A stretch of 63,057 nucleotides of DNA, the filler included, from Aduncisulcus paluster (taxonomy: Eukaryota), in assembly GCA_024181965.1 (NCBI GenBank). It is 6 parts of 6 records of this genome, joined end to end, with 100 filler letters (N's around TTAATTAATTAA, not from the genome) between each part and the next. Parts side by side here need not be neighbours in the genome. Positions count along the whole stretch, not along the records: positions 1 to 16,715 come from BQXS01010042.1; 5 more parts are not named here. The stretch is one strand, 5' to 3'. Made by a program: the position numbers and the translations under genes. Below are positions 1 through 13,745 of the stretch, piece after piece (position 1 is the stretch's first letter; every line of letters starts with the position of its first letter). The notes under the pieces are model-generated. The model did not search any database. It had not been told where the DNA came from and saw nothing but the letters and a program-made list of their open reading frames with translations.

Positions 1-573
1 TTTGGTGGAATATTTTTGACTGATAATGCCGTGACTTTCGCTGATCATATAATAAACTCATGACAGTCATAAAACAACCAAAATTTATTGAACAACCATA
101 ACAAACAAAAAATAGACAACAAAAAGATTAACATGTTGCCGAAACACAGACAAGAAGTTGAAAAGTTAGATTCAAAATAGAGATAGAAGAGTTCAAATTT
201 TCGAGAGCAAAGAAATATAGCAAGACAAAATTATAACGGAATATATTGGCAATATCCGGATGAAATACCTCAACTAAGGAAAGTTGGGTGGTCAATATCT
301 TGTAAAATACTGACTCAAAATTCATAAAAATCATAAAAAAGGAAAAGAAAGAATAACACAATATTAACGAAGTAAACAAGATGCTATGAAAAGCATATCA
401 AAACAAAATACACCTGGAAACAACGATTGATGCTTAACAACAGCAAAAGATTCCACGTTAAATAAACAAACAAAAACTTCTTAAAAAGCAATAGATAAAG
501 AAGAAAAAAGGAAGAAATGATCTAATATGCAAGAGAACAAACAAAGATACAGTCAAAAACACCAGGAAGACAA

Positions 574-780
574 CTAATCCTCAGTAGACATAGCATCAAA
601 GAAATTTGAGAAAGAAGAACCGTATGAAATTGGATATTCAAAAAAACAGTCAGACTTTGGAGGAGGAGTGTAAGGCCTATCGTCCATTTGAGAAGGGCGT
701 TTTCTATCCAACCGAAGGAAAATAGATGATAATTCATCCATAAAAGATGAAACACATGATGGTTGATATTCAAAGCTCAT
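574..780 (-). CDS. Possible 68-aa small protein (MSFEYQPSCVSSFMDEL...AMSTED) followed by a long U-rich 3' region
   Basis: ATG at 780 to TAG at 574; higher GC than the T-rich flanks; no recognisable domain. Confidence 0.3.
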   Translation of the reverse strand: MSFEYQPSCVSSFMDELSSIFLRLDRKRPSQMDDRPYTPPPKSDCFFEYPISYGSSFSNFFDAMSTED

Positions 781-1057
781 GATAAAACAAATAGTAGAAA
801 AAAATACTAAAACAACCGAGAAAAACCAATCTGATGACCGATTTTGAACAAACAAAGATTTGGGATTCTAAATATCGACGATAGGGGAAAATTCCACATA
901 TTGTAGTTACAAAAGAATTTATTTTTTGGTCATTTCTTGTGTACGTCTTAGAAGCCGAGATATATTTAAAACATCTGAAATACTAGAATTATGCTAAACT
1001 CAAACAACATTACGGATGGAGTAAAGAATTTACTAATAAAAATATTACATTAGAAGG

Positions 1058-4000
1058 TTATTCCGGCTTTGGTGGTTTTGCAGAAACAATGGATGATCCG
1101 AAATCTTTGTGAACTACCAGTAAACTGAACTCACTGACACTTTCAAGAGGAATTGCACTAACTGTGGCATAATCAAACACACCACGTCTATCGGTATAAC
1201 CGTCTTTGTAGAATTTGACTTGGCCATCGATCATTTTGGAGAAGCATTTCACATAACAACACTCCACACACTTCCCATTCATCTGATGGACACTCACCTG
1301 CCCATACCGTTCCTTTGTTGTGCAAATAAGGCCAGACGAGGAAACAATCTTCACCTGAGGGGATGAATTGGGAGAAGAAACCTCAACAATTACACTTTGG
1401 TACCTCATAGATTCTGGAAGATAAACTTCCCTTTCAAAGTAAGCCTCATCTTCTTCAATAAATGGAACTTCGCTGTTTTGTTCCTCTGAAATATCGGAGA
1501 ACACAAACCCGTCGACATGACGAGAATCATGGACTTGCTTCCGACGAATATTCAGATAAGGATACGGGGAGGACAAGAACTGGACAGGGAGGGAAGAAAC
1601 ACTGGAAACACATTCAAATGGTTTGAGAGAGAAAAGGGTTTCAATACTGACAGGGAATACACGAAGTTTCACGACTTCAACGTTGTTTGCAGCAATACAA
1701 ACCATATTCCCGAGAGGGGTCTTTTTGACGCTAAATGTGACACGTTCTTCCTTTTCGGCTGCCATTCGCATCGCTTTGTTCCTTTGCACATCTCTTGCGG
1801 CATCTCCATCCACAATGGCATCATCTCCATTATCTTCCATTTCGTCAAGATCTTCCTTGTCAAGTGAATGAGAATACATTTCAGAGAAGAAAGAGAACCA
1901 AGAATCCTCAACCAAGACACCAGTTCTATCCTTCTCAGTCATCATGGTTCTATAACAAGAGGCGACACACTGGGATATTTTAGGAACATTTTCACTCGTA
2001 CATAAATCTAGGAATCCAACCATGGCATCAAACTGGACATTGAACACAGAGGCGTTTGAAGCTGGTAAACTCAAGTCACCAAGAGAGATTTCCGAAAGAT
2101 CATCATACTTGGAGGACATTTCCTTCCACTCTTCGAAACGGTCATGAGCCCAGCCAAGTGTCTGAAGATAAGCATACGCTTCTTTGTATCTTTCGTAGGC
2201 TATCATACAATAAGTTCGGCTCAATTGCAGGGCTTGAGGTAGGTTGTCAGAGTTCAGATGCAAGACATTAACAAGAATTGACTTGTAAAACTCAGCAAGA
2301 CGGGGAATATTAATCCTGTTGAAACCTTTTCTGAGGATATGAGCACGTGAGCCAACAATTGGCTTGAAATCACTGTGATGAAGTGAAGTCTGGGTTGAAT
2401 TTGGCTCAAGAATGACTCCATGTTCCTCGCATACAAATGCGCACCCGAATAAGTTGAGGGCAGTCTGAGGATCAAGTAATACCGGAATTAGAGTATATTT
2501 AGCTTCATTATTCAGGGCAAATGTCAGTGTCTTGGGACAGAAGTGCCCACATGAGTGAAGGAAGGCTAGGATCACATCAACATTTGAGGGGGAAGGATTT
2601 CTACCCAAATGATGAATAAACAGATCATCAAGAGACATAGAAGATTCTTTTTCCATCTTCTTAATGTTCCTTCCCTTGAGAAGCTTCAAGGCTGTTTTCA
2701 AGGGAGTTTTAAGGAGATCTTGGAGGAGTAATACGCCTGAATCTTTGACACGATCTGTGATACTGCGCTCTTTCTTAACCTTAAGGATTGTAGCTCCACT
2801 AGCCTTGCCCACGAACACTCCATTAGATGAGATCTGAGCAGGAACATGAGTGTATCGGCCAACCTTAGGGAAAAAGAAACGATAAGTTCGTGTCAATACG
2901 CTATATGGTCCAGAAACAATGGTCACAAATTCACATTTGGTAGGAAGGTCGGCAGCAACAGTCACTGCTCGATGAGGAATCTGATACAATATATCAACGT
3001 CCATCTCAGAGGTCGAGGGATTAACAATATTCAATTCGCATTGATATATTTGCCCTGGACGGAGCTTATTAGAATTAACAGAGACACATCTGCCATCAAC
3101 TTTCCTCAAAGGATCGACAATACGCTGTTGGATGATCAAATCATTGTCCAAATCTTTCGGTTTCTCTTCNNNNNNNNNNNNNNNNNNNNAATGGTCACAA
3201 ATTCACATTTGGTAGGAAGGTCGGCAGCAACAGTCACTGCTCGATGAGGAATCTGATACAATATATCAACGTCCATCTCAGAGGTCGAGGGATTAACAAT
3301 ATTCAATTCGCATTGATATATTTGCCCTGGACGGAGCTTATTAGAATTAACAGAGACACATCTGCCATCAACTTTCCTCAAAGGATCGACAATACGCTGT
3401 TGGATGATCAAATCATTGTCCAAATCTTTCGGTTTCTCTTCACTTTCCTCTTCTCTCTCTTCGGTTCCCTTTGAATTCATGATCTCTTCCTTGACAAGGA
3501 GTCCTGAATGTCTTCCACTGTGGAACCGCACACCTCTTTCCAGTCTTTCCTGGATGATATCACCTGAACCACAATGGAACCCACAGAAAGCAAGGCCAAG
3601 CATGTGGACATACCATCTGCTATCGATGAAAAGGCTCAGAATATCTTCAGACGGGTGTTGATAATAGATCCAAGTTCCCTTGGAAGTGAACGAACGATTA
3701 ATGAGATCAAACCAGAAAGGAGTACATTCAAACGGTCTCTTCTGGAAAGAAGCGGCCATGGAACCTGACTCGAACCAACGAACCTCACTGTACATTTTTG
3801 TGACACCAAGGCTCTTGTAGTGTTTCTCTGGGACTGCTCTTGAGGAAGAACGTGAAGAACTTGGGGAGAAGTCAACTCCAATGGTTGAAATCGACTTCAT
3901 ACTCATTGGCTTAGCTCTCATCGCTCTTTTTCTTGACATCAGTGAAGCTTTCTTCTTCGGTCTCTCGACACACATTTCCATTTCCATCATACATTCCTCT

Positions 4001-7000
4001 TCATCTTCAACAGAAACTATTGAACGCTGACATTCTTTTTCACTGATTGGCATACCCCTCATTGCCCCAACATTGCCCGGCAATCCTCCAAATCCAGATT
4101 CGTCATCAGAACTATCACTGCTGCTATAGTCACTGCACTCGTCAGAACTATGGTAACGTCCAGATTCCTCTGCAGGGGGCGGAGAAGGAGGATGCAACTC
4201 AAATTCTGCACCCTTAAGAACAGTATCATAGAGATCAGCAACACGTCTGGCGATTTCCTCACGCTTCAGGAACATTTTGTGCTTCTGATTAATGACAAGA
4301 TTGGGCATCAGAGTGGCCATGGTCTGAGTAGCATATCCGGCACAGATTCGATAACGAGAACCAAGCTCTTTGGCAGCCATTGCAGGGCCGAGATGGGACA
4401 AGAAAGCATGTGACCAGTCGGCAATCAAGAATCTCTCAAAGAATGGGAGTCTATTGAAGACAAGAGGAGACAAATATGGAGCAAACCAGGCCGCAGAACC
4501 CTGAAGAGAAGACTTCATTGCATTCTGGACCTTACTTTCCAATTCTTCCCTTTCATCATCGCTAGTACCCTCTCCACAAGGAATCAAGAAAAGAGGTGCA
4601 CGAGAACATAACCACATATCAACAATATCCTTGTCTAATTTGGTTCGTAGAATAGGAATGATGTATTTCTGGGCAAATTCAGGGCAGTGCATTGAAATGA
4701 ATAAATTAACCTCATGGCAAGGGTAACGACGGTATAATTTCAACTGTTGAGTTTCATCCATATCACAAAATCCTGCAAACTCAGCGAATTTCAACAGTTT
4801 ATGATCTTGGTCAGAACATGTTCGAGTTGCCAAATCCCACATATCTTTCACAGATTGTGCGCAGAATATCCTTGCTGACAAGATGTCTGTCAGCTCACAC
4901 GAGTTATCCTTATCAAGAAGAGCGATACTCCGATGTTGAACAAGCTCTGAATCTGGGGGGTATGCATATTTAAGAGATACGTCCCTCAATACCTTTGGTT
5001 CACTTTTAAGAGACAAGGGAACTACTCTCCGGATTGTTTTGTTCCCGGCAAAGCAGACAATGGAACAGAATCCGCATGCATCATGAGCAAGAACATGGGC
5101 TGGGATCGTGATTGTAGATGTCACAGAGCCATTCCTACACGATTCTGGGTCAAATGTGACGACACAACAGTGAGTTTTGGGCTCGATATATCTGAAAGAC
5201 ATGACAGAATCAATAGATCCTGATCCACATGGTGCGGGTTCATCTGCATCTGCAAAATAATATTCTTCTTCTTCACATTCATACTCATCAGCCATTTCAA
5301 ACATGATGTCTTGTTTTGCACACATAATATCCTTGGTCTTGAAAGATCTTTTACCTCTCAACCTTGCTCCCGAAGTTGGCATGGCAGATGATGAGAACGA
5401 ATCGAAAGCCTGACCCTCCTTGGCACCAATATAGGTAGCCTTTGCCTCTCCCTCATTGAAAGGACGCATAACAAGTCCAGGCTTTGACATGGACACTGTC
5501 ATTTGCTTATCCTTGGATTCAATCAAGGCACGTTTATGCACATAAGCAACTTCCTCTGGAATATCAAGGATATCCTGCTCTAAAGGTAGTTTAATTGGGA
5601 GATTGATTATAGCACAATCATGAATAGGATTGACTTGAATGATCTCTCTCGAACGATCATAGAAGGGGGCAAATGAGGAGAACGCGCAAAGACACTTCAC
5701 ATTGCCGGAAGAGAGGATAAATGGTGAGAGATATTCACTCTCAAGTGTAACATCAACAAGCAAATCACCATTCTCCTTCTTATCGGTGATCTCAGCCATG
5801 ATATGAGGAGCAATAGGAGGTTGATAAGTGAGTTCAGTGAGTTGACGGCCCATAGAAGCCAAGTATCTCTTCTCTATCTCACCTTCCTCACACGAACGTT
5901 CAGTGGCGATCATGAGCCGTCCAAGATCAATCTCACCTGCTCTGATAGTGACAGATCCTTCGTGCAAAGCCTCAAAGATCGCATGGGGTACTCCACCAAT
6001 GATTTCAACTGGAACATCCTGGACTTGGAAAGGAAGAGGACTGTCCCCATGTCGGTAAAAGGCAGTCACTCGGGGGTGAGGAAGTGCTGGAGTCTCTTCC
6101 TTCAAAGGAATACTTGCACAAGAAGGGGGCATAGGAATAGAGGTGATACTGCCAATGGAAACAATGTCACGATTAGTGGGCGAAGAAGAGTGGAATTGAC
6201 CATCCATATGCAGATCAGCAACGTCGACAGAGAAACGATACTTTGTACCTGGCACCAACTCAAGTTCAAACGAAAGTTGGTTTGTCACTCCAATACTCTG
6301 AGAGATGTCAATCCTGCCAGAATCATCCGTTTCAAGAATTGAGGTGAGATCATGATGGGAAAAGTGGGAGGAACTACATGAAACAATAACAGGAAGCTCT
6401 GGACATGGCTCACCAGATACATCAACAACTCGCAGATACAACTCCTTGCCTTCAGGGCCACGTTCAAACCGGACAGTCCTGTTGGCACCAGAACGAAGAA
6501 CATCATTCATACAAAAACAGTCGGTCCATGAAAGATGCTGTCTCTTGCCTTGGTTGGATGAGAATGATGAGTAAGATACTTCTCCAGTGACTGCAAAGGA
6601 TATCTTGGAGATGGTTGTTGGAAGCTTAAGGTTAAGGGTCTGTTGACCATCAAGAACCTTTCTTGCCTCGTCGTTCTTGATTGAACAGGCAGTGGATTCA
6701 TCTCCCTGGAAATCTGTGATCGTACAACGAATCGACAAGTCAGCCACATCAGCTAGAGGAATAGCATCTCCTCCATTCAAAACGACATGACCCAAGAGGA
6801 CAATGGGGACCTTCTCTCCACTTCCTCCAATACTCTCTCGGGGCACTGTAGCATGGCACCAGAGGCTGTATGTCTCCTTTGGGACATCAAGGGTTACGAA
6901 CTCTCCAAACTCAGAGGAGACACTATCCTTGATGACAGCTGATAACATGCTGGATTCAGTTACAAAGGGTATGAAACGAGGGAGGGAAGGCTCAACGCAT

Positions 7001-9015
7001 CCAACACATCCAAAGGTTTGTTTGTCACAAATAATACAAGCAGAGTCAATGGCGATCCCATCTTCATCAACAACACACACGTGATAACCATCACGATTAG
7101 TGGAGATGGCAGCGGATAACCACCCTCGTTGAAGACGCACACGACTCCTGTAGCCTCCTCCAGAGACCTCAACCACATACAGGGCACGTTCAGACCGTTC
7201 TTTATCGGTTTCAGGTAGAGTATAGGAAAGTGTATGCAAGGAAAAGGGAGAAACATTGGGGAAAACATACTTCTCTGAGAATTTTGCCGGAAGACCATCA
7301 AGAGAGATTGAAAGGGGGACTTCATGTAGGTTTTCTTGACAATATGTTGCAGAACGAATGTGAAAAGCCTTGATTGACAATTCTGTAATTCCCTTAATAC
7401 GCATACTGATTGTCAATGGTTGCTTTGGACGTTTGATTGTGTGAGAATTCGGAATCAAATGTAAGAGTTTGACATCTTTATACTCTTGAGACAGGTCAGC
7501 AGCTAAATTGCTGGGAAGATGGGACAAGAAGGATGAAATGGCATTAGCTCCTGCAGAAGTGGGGGGTCTTGTCATGGAATACCAAGCATTGAAATAGCGT
7601 CTAACATTTACATGCTCAACATCGATGAGGTAGTCTTTCACATTTCCAACAATTTCCTCCACGTTATCGGTTGTAATCTGTTCTGTTTTAGCACAATAGG
7701 CATCAATCAAGAGCAAAGTGCACCATTTCTCCACACTCAGGGCACTATAACCAATGATATCACTCACTGACCTATCACCACTTCCTTTGGCACGACTTGG
7801 ACGGTTAAAAGTTGTCCATAGAGTCGGGAAAGGGATAATAGGGGAGTCAAGAGGATCAAGGTAGAGAGTAGAATCTTCATTCTTAGTATGGGATCTGAGC
7901 AAATACTGTCGAGATATTGGAAGAGATAAGTATTCCTTGAAAAGCTCGAGAATCTTTGACCTAAGTTCAGAAAGATCCATTTCATCAAATCCATACCAAT
8001 GGAATTCCTTCGATTCGGCTAGTTTTGGTACATATAAAGGTATCATATGAGCATCTTTCATAGCCTCAGAACGGATAATATACACATCACGAAGAGCGAG
8101 AATAGTTCCAGTTAAAATAGAATGGTAGACTTGGGCAGGGGCATTGGAATAATGTGACCTGAGGAACTGAAGAGAACCCATATAACTATTCAAAGCAACA
8201 AAACAAGGGGAAGGATGAACATAGTAATTAGCTGGAACAAACTTACTCAAAATGTACTCAAAGAAAAAGAGATTTTTGGCGAGCTTGGGATGTTTCTGTG
8301 CAAGAGAATCGAGGACTTCAGGAGAAAAGGTTGAGAGAGATTTAATCTGCTTATAATTGGAATCATCAATATCATAATTATTGAGAACAAGATCAAATAA
8401 TTCCATCGTTCCAGGAGTTGTGTGGGAAGTGATTTTTTGACTAAGTAGATTCAAAGCAACCAGGTAATCCTTTTCCTCAAGCACTTTTTGGATAACCATT
8501 TCAAGGGCTTGGGAAGATTTAACCTTTCTGTAAGCACTGGATACAGAAGCAGTTCTTGCAATTTGGCCAGGATTGATGCGAGAACAGTCAAATTCACTAG
8601 AAGCTCTTCGAACAGAATCAGTTTCATCTTCTCTCTTTGAATCTGTTGTAATAGTTGCGGATTGAGTAATTGAAATTGAAGAACCCAACGCAGAACGTTT
8701 ACAAAGCTCAAGAAACTCTTTCAAGGTGTCTTTAGGAATTTCACCACTAGAATCTCGTTTCAAGAGTGGAAGAAGTTTTCTTCTCATCATAACATTGGCA
8801 ACTTCCTTATTATAAGTTGACAAATACTTATATGAAGATTCAAGAAGATCCTTTTGTTCAGGTGTCAAAGAGGAAATTGGATTGAGAATAAGACATCTTA
8901 AAAGGGCAATTTCCGATGCATCTTTTCCATGCAATTCTAAAATAGAAAGTTTGGCATCAATGGTTGTGGCGTCCACAAGTTGTTCGAGAATTGGAATTGG
9001 AAGCGTAATATTCAT
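1058..9015 (-). CDS. Giant conserved hypothetical protein (~2561 aa after removing the gap overlap), possibly alpha-2-macroglobulin-like / Dictyostelium AbpF-like; split into two ORFs by an assembly gap
   Basis: ORFs 3136-9015 and 1058-3151 share an identical 252-bp overlap (2918-3169 = 3190-3441) around a 20-N gap; removing 272 bp gives one 7686-bp frame. The C-terminal motif VKFYKDGYTDRRGVFDYA recalls a family of very large bacterial/protist proteins; family name is from memory, not searched. Confidence 0.7.
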
Positions 9016-9306
9016 GTAATTTAAACAAGAGATTCTTATTTATAGATATAAATAAACAAAAATAAAACACTCCGTTGTTTTTAAATGTTGTCAAATCAAC
9101 TGCTGTTCAAAGTTCTTGCTTGTGTCTATTTTTCAAAGGACAAATCGCCATCAAGGAAATCAAAATATTCGAAATACAACTATTTTATTTTTGCTGGATA
9201 AATATAACGATATTAGCGCATGGAATAAGATCAGAAAACAAAAATATTATTCATCCATGATTATCGGGAGAAACTGAAAAATAATTAAAGGAAAATATAT
9301 ACAAAC

Positions 9307-10446
9307 TCAAAACTTTGAACTTGTAAGAACAATGAATTGAACACGGGTCACAGCATTCGGAAGTGAAGCGATCAAGTTCTTGACTTGTCGAAGAACAATA
9401 GGATTGCCCTGGAATGCACTGTAATCGATTGAATCCTTCTGAAGAATTCCAGTACCTGTTGAGTCAAGGAGGTCAAATAGACTCCCAGCCTTGCGTTCAC
9501 TGCGAGAAGGAGGACACTTCTCAGCAACATCATCAGCATTGACCACATGATCTTTCTGCGATATTGTAGCCTCTTGCAAGGCGGCATCACGAAGCTTTTC
9601 CACACTTTTCCTATTGGAAAGAGCAATATCAGTTGCTGATAATCCTCTCACTTTTCTCACAGGAGAGCTCGACTCTTTGGAGGAACTTTGGGGAGTTATT
9701 TGATTTGTTGATTTGTTTTGATAGCCAGGTTTACCTGTGGAATATGGAGAAGATGTGCTGGATGGAGAGTGGCTTTTCAAGAAGGAAGAGGTAGCAACAC
9801 CTTTCATGCGAGCTTGACTGCTTCTCGTGGCAGCAGCGGAGCGAGGTCTTCCACTCGACACCCGAAAGGATTCATTCGGGGGTCTTTCTTTTTCAACAGA
9901 GGACGCCCGAAGTTGACTTGCCGATAAATCCGGCTGAAATGTGTAGTCTTCTGGGAACCATTTGTGATATTCAGCTTTTCTTATTTGTCTTCTTGTAGCA
10001 TCATCATATAGTACTTCAAATGTTGACATCGATTGACGTCCTTCGGAGACTGATTTCCTTCTTTTCTCTTCAATTACTCTTGAGGCTTTTGAAGTCTTTG
10101 AATAAGACAAATCCGGTTGGAATGTGCATTTTACCTTCTCTAAATCTCGTTGAATATCTATTTTTTTCCGTTTTTCTATTTCTTTTTTCTTATGATCTTC
10201 TAATAATCTTCTTTCAACAGGCAGGCGAGATTGAGGACACATACCGATAGATTTCTTATTAATTTTAGGAGTATAACTATATTTTTTCCAATTCTCGCTC
10301 CGTTCTTTCATAGCTTCTTCATGAGTTTCTATTTTGGCTCGCATCGTTTCTAATCCTCTTTTATAAAGATGCTCACCTTTTTTAATTGTATTTCCAGGTC
10401 TAAAACTGCCTAAAAAGGATAACTCGGGCTCATATAAATAACTCAT
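9307..10446 (-). CDS. 379-aa hypothetical protein with repeated (Y/C)TFxP motifs and a C-terminal EF-hand-like segment; possibly cytoskeletal/flagellar
   Basis: Intact ORF; motifs YSYTPKIN, CTFQPDL, YTFQPDL; LFDLLDSTGTGIL is EF-hand-like. Confidence 0.6.
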   Translation of the reverse strand: MSYLYEPELSFLGSFRPGNTIKKGEHLYKRGLETMRAKIETHEEAMKERSENWKKYSYTPKINKKSIGMCPQSRLPVERRLLEDHKKKEIEKRKKIDIQRDLEKVKCTFQPDLSYSKTSKASRVIEEKRRKSVSEGRQSMSTFEVLYDDATRRQIRKAEYHKWFPEDYTFQPDLSASQLRASSVEKERPPNESFRVSSGRPRSAAATRSSQARMKGVATSSFLKSHSPSSTSSPYSTGKPGYQNKSTNQITPQSSSKESSSPVRKVRGLSATDIALSNRKSVEKLRDAALQEATISQKDHVVNADDVAEKCPPSRSERKAGSLFDLLDSTGTGILQKDSIDYSAFQGNPIVLRQVKNLIASLPNAVTRVQFIVLTSSKF

Positions 10447-10776
10447 ATGTGTGAATCTCCAAATTCGTTGGGATTTGGAAATTTTTCGGTTGTGAAATCA
10501 AATCAAAATCTCTTTTTTTGTATCTATACAACTGAATGAATTATAATGGTGCAAAAATATTAGAAATAATCTCATGTTTTACTTTCAAACGACCCCAGAA
10601 AACCAATGCTGTGCTTCTGGGTAGTTATAGACACATTGCAAAATATGGAAGGTAAAATTTTTTTTAAAATGGAAAATAAATCCTAATTTTGGTTGTCAAA
10701 TTAATCTAGAAGATGTCAATATTTTGGATCACATTTTCTCGTTTTCCTGTCGCATCACAAAGAACATATTTTAAAT

Positions 10777-13335
10777 ATGTTTAGTGTCAATGCATGGTTA
10801 AGTCGTATGTTTATGTTTCCCCTGTTATTTGTTTATATTTGTTCTCATAACGTAAAATCGTAATTTCTTACTTTTGTGTTTTGTTAAAAGATGAAATACT
10901 TGCCCATGAAGGAAACATTAACGCCACATCTATTGGTCAAGCAACTGCAAGTATATTTGCAACTGCGGGAGAGGATAAAATTGTAAAAGTATTCAAATTG
11001 ACTGGTACGAATTCTGCCAAGCCAATATATGTATGTTTTCACTTTATTTTGATTAATTTTGTTTTATTTCTTGTTTCTGATTCTCTTTTTTTTCATCTAG
11101 ACGCTTCATAATTTCCCTGCTCAAATCACATGTCTTGAATTTAATAATGACGAGTCACAACTGGCAGTTGGACTTCAGGATGGTGGTTTGTGTCTTTTTG
11201 ATCTTAAACCACCAAGTCCGCCCTGTACATCGTTCCCTTCTGATATCGCTCACCCTGTTTCGTGTATTTCTTTTTCTAAAGATGATTCGTATTTAGTTGT
11301 AGGAACTCGCAACGGTATGATTAAAATATATTCAAAATTCAAATCTGAAGTGTCTGAAAGTTCAACTCACCACCCTCAACTCCAACAGCTCCTTTTACCA
11401 GCACATATAGGCCATACTATTACACATATTATATTTACTCCACATGGAACAACCTTTATCAGTGGTGACGATCACGGGAAAGGGGTCTTTTTCAGTATTC
11501 GTCGAAGTAAGGAGATTCAGACACTTATTCACACCGCTCCTACCCTCTCCATGGCAATATCTCCTCTCGAACAACTTATGGCACTCTGTAGTGGGAGCAA
11601 AGCAATTCGATTGTGGTCCCTTCAATCAGATCTGCAGAGTCCCGGTAGATCTCAACGTTCGAAGGGAAATGGGTTCCGGCATTCTTTATTTCTCAGCAAA
11701 ATGTACGGAGCTCCTCTTCTTGCCATTGATGACAAAGGTGCATGTGTATTTCGTTATTATACCCATATTGATCATGAAGAGTGTTCCAAGCTTGGCCACT
11801 GTGTCTCCACAGATGAAGTTGTCTGTGGCTGTGAACAGGAGATTGGGTGGGATAGCTGTCCTGACTCAATCGCATCCCTCTCTCTCCCCAAACCCTCAGT
11901 ATCTGCTCCAGGGGAGCCAGAATGTCCTGATGCTACTGATGTTGACAAGAAGGATAAACCACGTGGTCTGAATCAGCAGTGTGTCTGTGTGTGTATAAGT
12001 GGAGGGAGAGCGTGTGTCTGGGTGCTGACAATATCTGTGAGGGAGAAGAAAGGGGAAGATGTTGCAAAAGAAGACGTCACAGTGTCCAAACTGATTACCA
12101 AAGAAACTGATAAAACAACGCTACAAGGTGTGTCGAAGCTTGCCAAAGGTATCCGAGCAATGCAACCACCGTCAGATGACGATATTCATCGTGAGAGAGC
12201 CGACACTGGTGATATTATTATGGATCGGTCTGAACTAAAAATAGAGGAAGAGATTAAAGCAAGAGAGGTAGAACTTCGGGCTCTTGAGAAAATTGAAACT
12301 GAAGTCAAAGAAAAAAATAGAATTGCCAAAGAAAAAAAGATTCAAGAAAAGAAAGAGAAAGAAAAAGAAGAGAGAGAGAAGCGAGAAAGGGAAAGAAAAA
12401 GAATATTAGAACTCGAAGCTGAACGATTACAACGAGAAAAAGAACAGGAAGAGAAAGAGAAAGAACGAATTGCTCGACAATCTTTACGTTCAATTCCTAC
12501 ATTTATACCTGTCCCCGACTCTGTCCCTTCTTTCTCTCCTGCAATAGTGTCTTCCCTCCTCGCATCTTCCTCCTCTCCTGTCGCCTCTAGTGGCTTCTCT
12601 ACCTCCCCTCTCCGTCCTTCCTCGTCTTCTTCACCGACTCCCTTGGTTTCATTCACCAATGCTCTCTCTCTGACTAGGTCCTGTGTGTCTCAGTGGAGCA
12701 AAGGGGGGAAGCATGCGTGTGTGAGGACATTATGTCAGCATCTATGTAGCATCATGGACGAGGAGAAGGGTGATGTCGTCGATCGTGTGTCATGTGTGTG
12801 TGAGTCCCTTGCAAGGATGAACAGGAGAAGCATCAGTCTCCGTGACGTGTCCTTCATATGTGAATGTATCATCCGAGTATTGAAGATACGGCCAAGCGAA
12901 GTCTTTGATGGTCTTGATCGGAGTGGATTAGGGCATACTCAATCAATCGGTCTCCCTGATGCTCGGGTTCGACAGGATGCTCTGAGCCATTTAGCCTCAG
13001 ACAGAGAGCTTGACAAGGCCACGATGAATAATATTAAAGAATTGGATGGGAGAATGGTGGATAATGCCGTGTCAGTGTTCTTGGCCAGATCTCAAGATCG
13101 AGTCATGTCACTTCTGTGTGATATTTTGATCAAACTAGGGGACTATATGATGGAGAAACTGAGACAAGGGGAGGGTGATGATACTTATCCATCTGATGCG
13201 GATAGATATAGGAGATGTAAAACAGCCTGGAACAGTTGTGTGGAAGTGTGGAAATATGCTCAAGCAGCTTGCATTTGTAAAGGAGCAGCATCATATAAAA
13301 AACTCAGTGATTTAATGAAAAAGATGGAATTATGA
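10777..13335 (+). CDS. KATNB1: Katanin p80 WD40 regulatory subunit-like; exons 10777-10804, 10891-11030, 11101-13335
   Basis: Two GTATGT...AG introns (10805-10890, 11031-11100) restore the frame MFSVNAWLSHEILAHEGNINATSIG...FATAGEDKIVKVF, matching the p80 N-terminus; WD40 repeats; C-terminal con80-like helices (ADRYRRCKTAW). Confidence 0.75.
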
Positions 13336-13745
13336 TTATAAATATATATTTGAAATATAAGCAAATAATTCATCGAAGAAGAGCCCGCCAACGCTGCTGT
13401 TAAGTTACTAAAATATCATTTTAGTACAGTATCGAAGAAGAGCTGATCAAATTGTTGAATCTATGAATGTAAATAGTTTTACATCATTCAGTATTCTTAT
13501 TTTGGGTTAAAATTGTGATTATAACTGAAATTAATACCCTTTTATATGAGATTATCAGTGCTTCTACCTATTCTATTTGGTTATTTTATATCTCATGATT
13601 TCTAGTAAATTTGTCGGAATATATTTTCCTTTTTACAATATAATTATGATTTATTTGTGGTTTACAAGTTAAAATCCCTCTGATAATTTCAAATTTTTGG
13701 ATTTTTGAAAACTCCCTCATTTTCTGACTGTACAACAAATTTAAC

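Noticed and set aside
13372-13443. 13-bp direct repeat ATCGAAGAAGAGC downstream of katanin p80
   Set aside because: Only two copies and no associated structure; not a CRISPR or recognisable element
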